Part shown: in pieces, positions 63,491 through 64,000 of the stretch | Layout: every line of letters begins with the position of its first letter | Position numbering within the stretch: position 1 is the first letter of the stretch | DNA from: Saccostrea cucullata | Lineage: Eukaryota | Assembly (NCBI RefSeq): GCF_032062105.1 | Contig: NW_026920225.1 | Coordinates: forward strand, 62,001-126,000 | DNA length: 64,000 nucleotides | Direction: 5' to 3' | Position numbers and translations under genes: made by a program | Notes under the pieces: model-generated | Databases searched by the model: none | What the model was told of the DNA's origin: nothing | Seen by the model: only the letters and a program-made list of their open reading frames with translations

Positions 63491-64000
63491 TACGTTCCCC
63501 TAAATTCTCTAAGCCAAATTTAAGACCATAGTTAGTAACAAGTCTGTCCAAAAAAAAATGCCAGGAAATTACCACTGATTGGTATACATCTGTTAAAAAA
63601 AATGAAATTCAGAACAGGAAATTACACTCTACATAATTAGTGTAATGAAGGAAATATGTTTTAAAATCTGTCCCATATTGTCCTTTTGATTTTTGAGTTA
63701 GTATGAAAACCTCTTTTTCCATTATGAACATACATGATATATTATGCTAGTAATCTAGGGGAGAATTTATAAGGGGAATTTAACATGCTTAATTTCAACA
63801 TCTTGAAAAATTAAGCTATTCCAGAAACTAGTAGCACAAAAGGATTTTATATCGATGGATGTGAATGATTATGCATGCTACTGATCCTAGCTAAATGTTG
63901 TGCACCAAATTTACAGCAATACACTGAATTAGATTAATAATAAATGTTTTAATATTCATCAATTCCTTTCCTGCATGATGATATACCTGTTGTGTTTTAA

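Overview
AT-rich, intron-rich animal DNA, most likely an oyster (Ostreidae). That is inferred from Cg170-like satellite-bearing Helentron-associated elements and bivalve-type SINEs. No prokaryotic features are present. Five host genes can be reconstructed by hand from splice sites. (1) The 3' part of a band 4.1/coracle-family FERM+FA gene (+, 3069-24705). It has two mutually exclusive C-termini: a ~4.9-kb read-through extension ending in a hydrophobic tail anchor, or short spliced exons ending in EEFDL*. (2,3) A divergently transcribed pair of TICAM/TRIF-like TIR adaptor genes (- 30268-34375; + 41839-49524). The second has a TIR-coiled coil-RHIM-UBA architecture, and an ETS/kB/ISRE-like motif cluster lies at its probable 5' end. 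(4) AP-4 sigma subunit AP4S1 (-, 54199-55901), head-to-head with (5) striatin (+, 57451 to beyond the window end), the same arrangement as human AP4S1/STRN3. Mobile DNA is dense. It includes a 5.6-kb intron-containing DDE_Tnp_4+SWIM transposon (nonsense-inactivated) and three further TIR elements, all flanked by AAA|TTT with no target duplication. There are also HINE elements with 147- and ~166-bp satellites, a tRNA-containing mini LTR element, MITEs and SINEs. Two regions (40.5-41.5 kb, 59.26-59.6 kb) look like assembly or haplotype artefacts. All calls come from manual reading and recalled family motifs; no searches were run.
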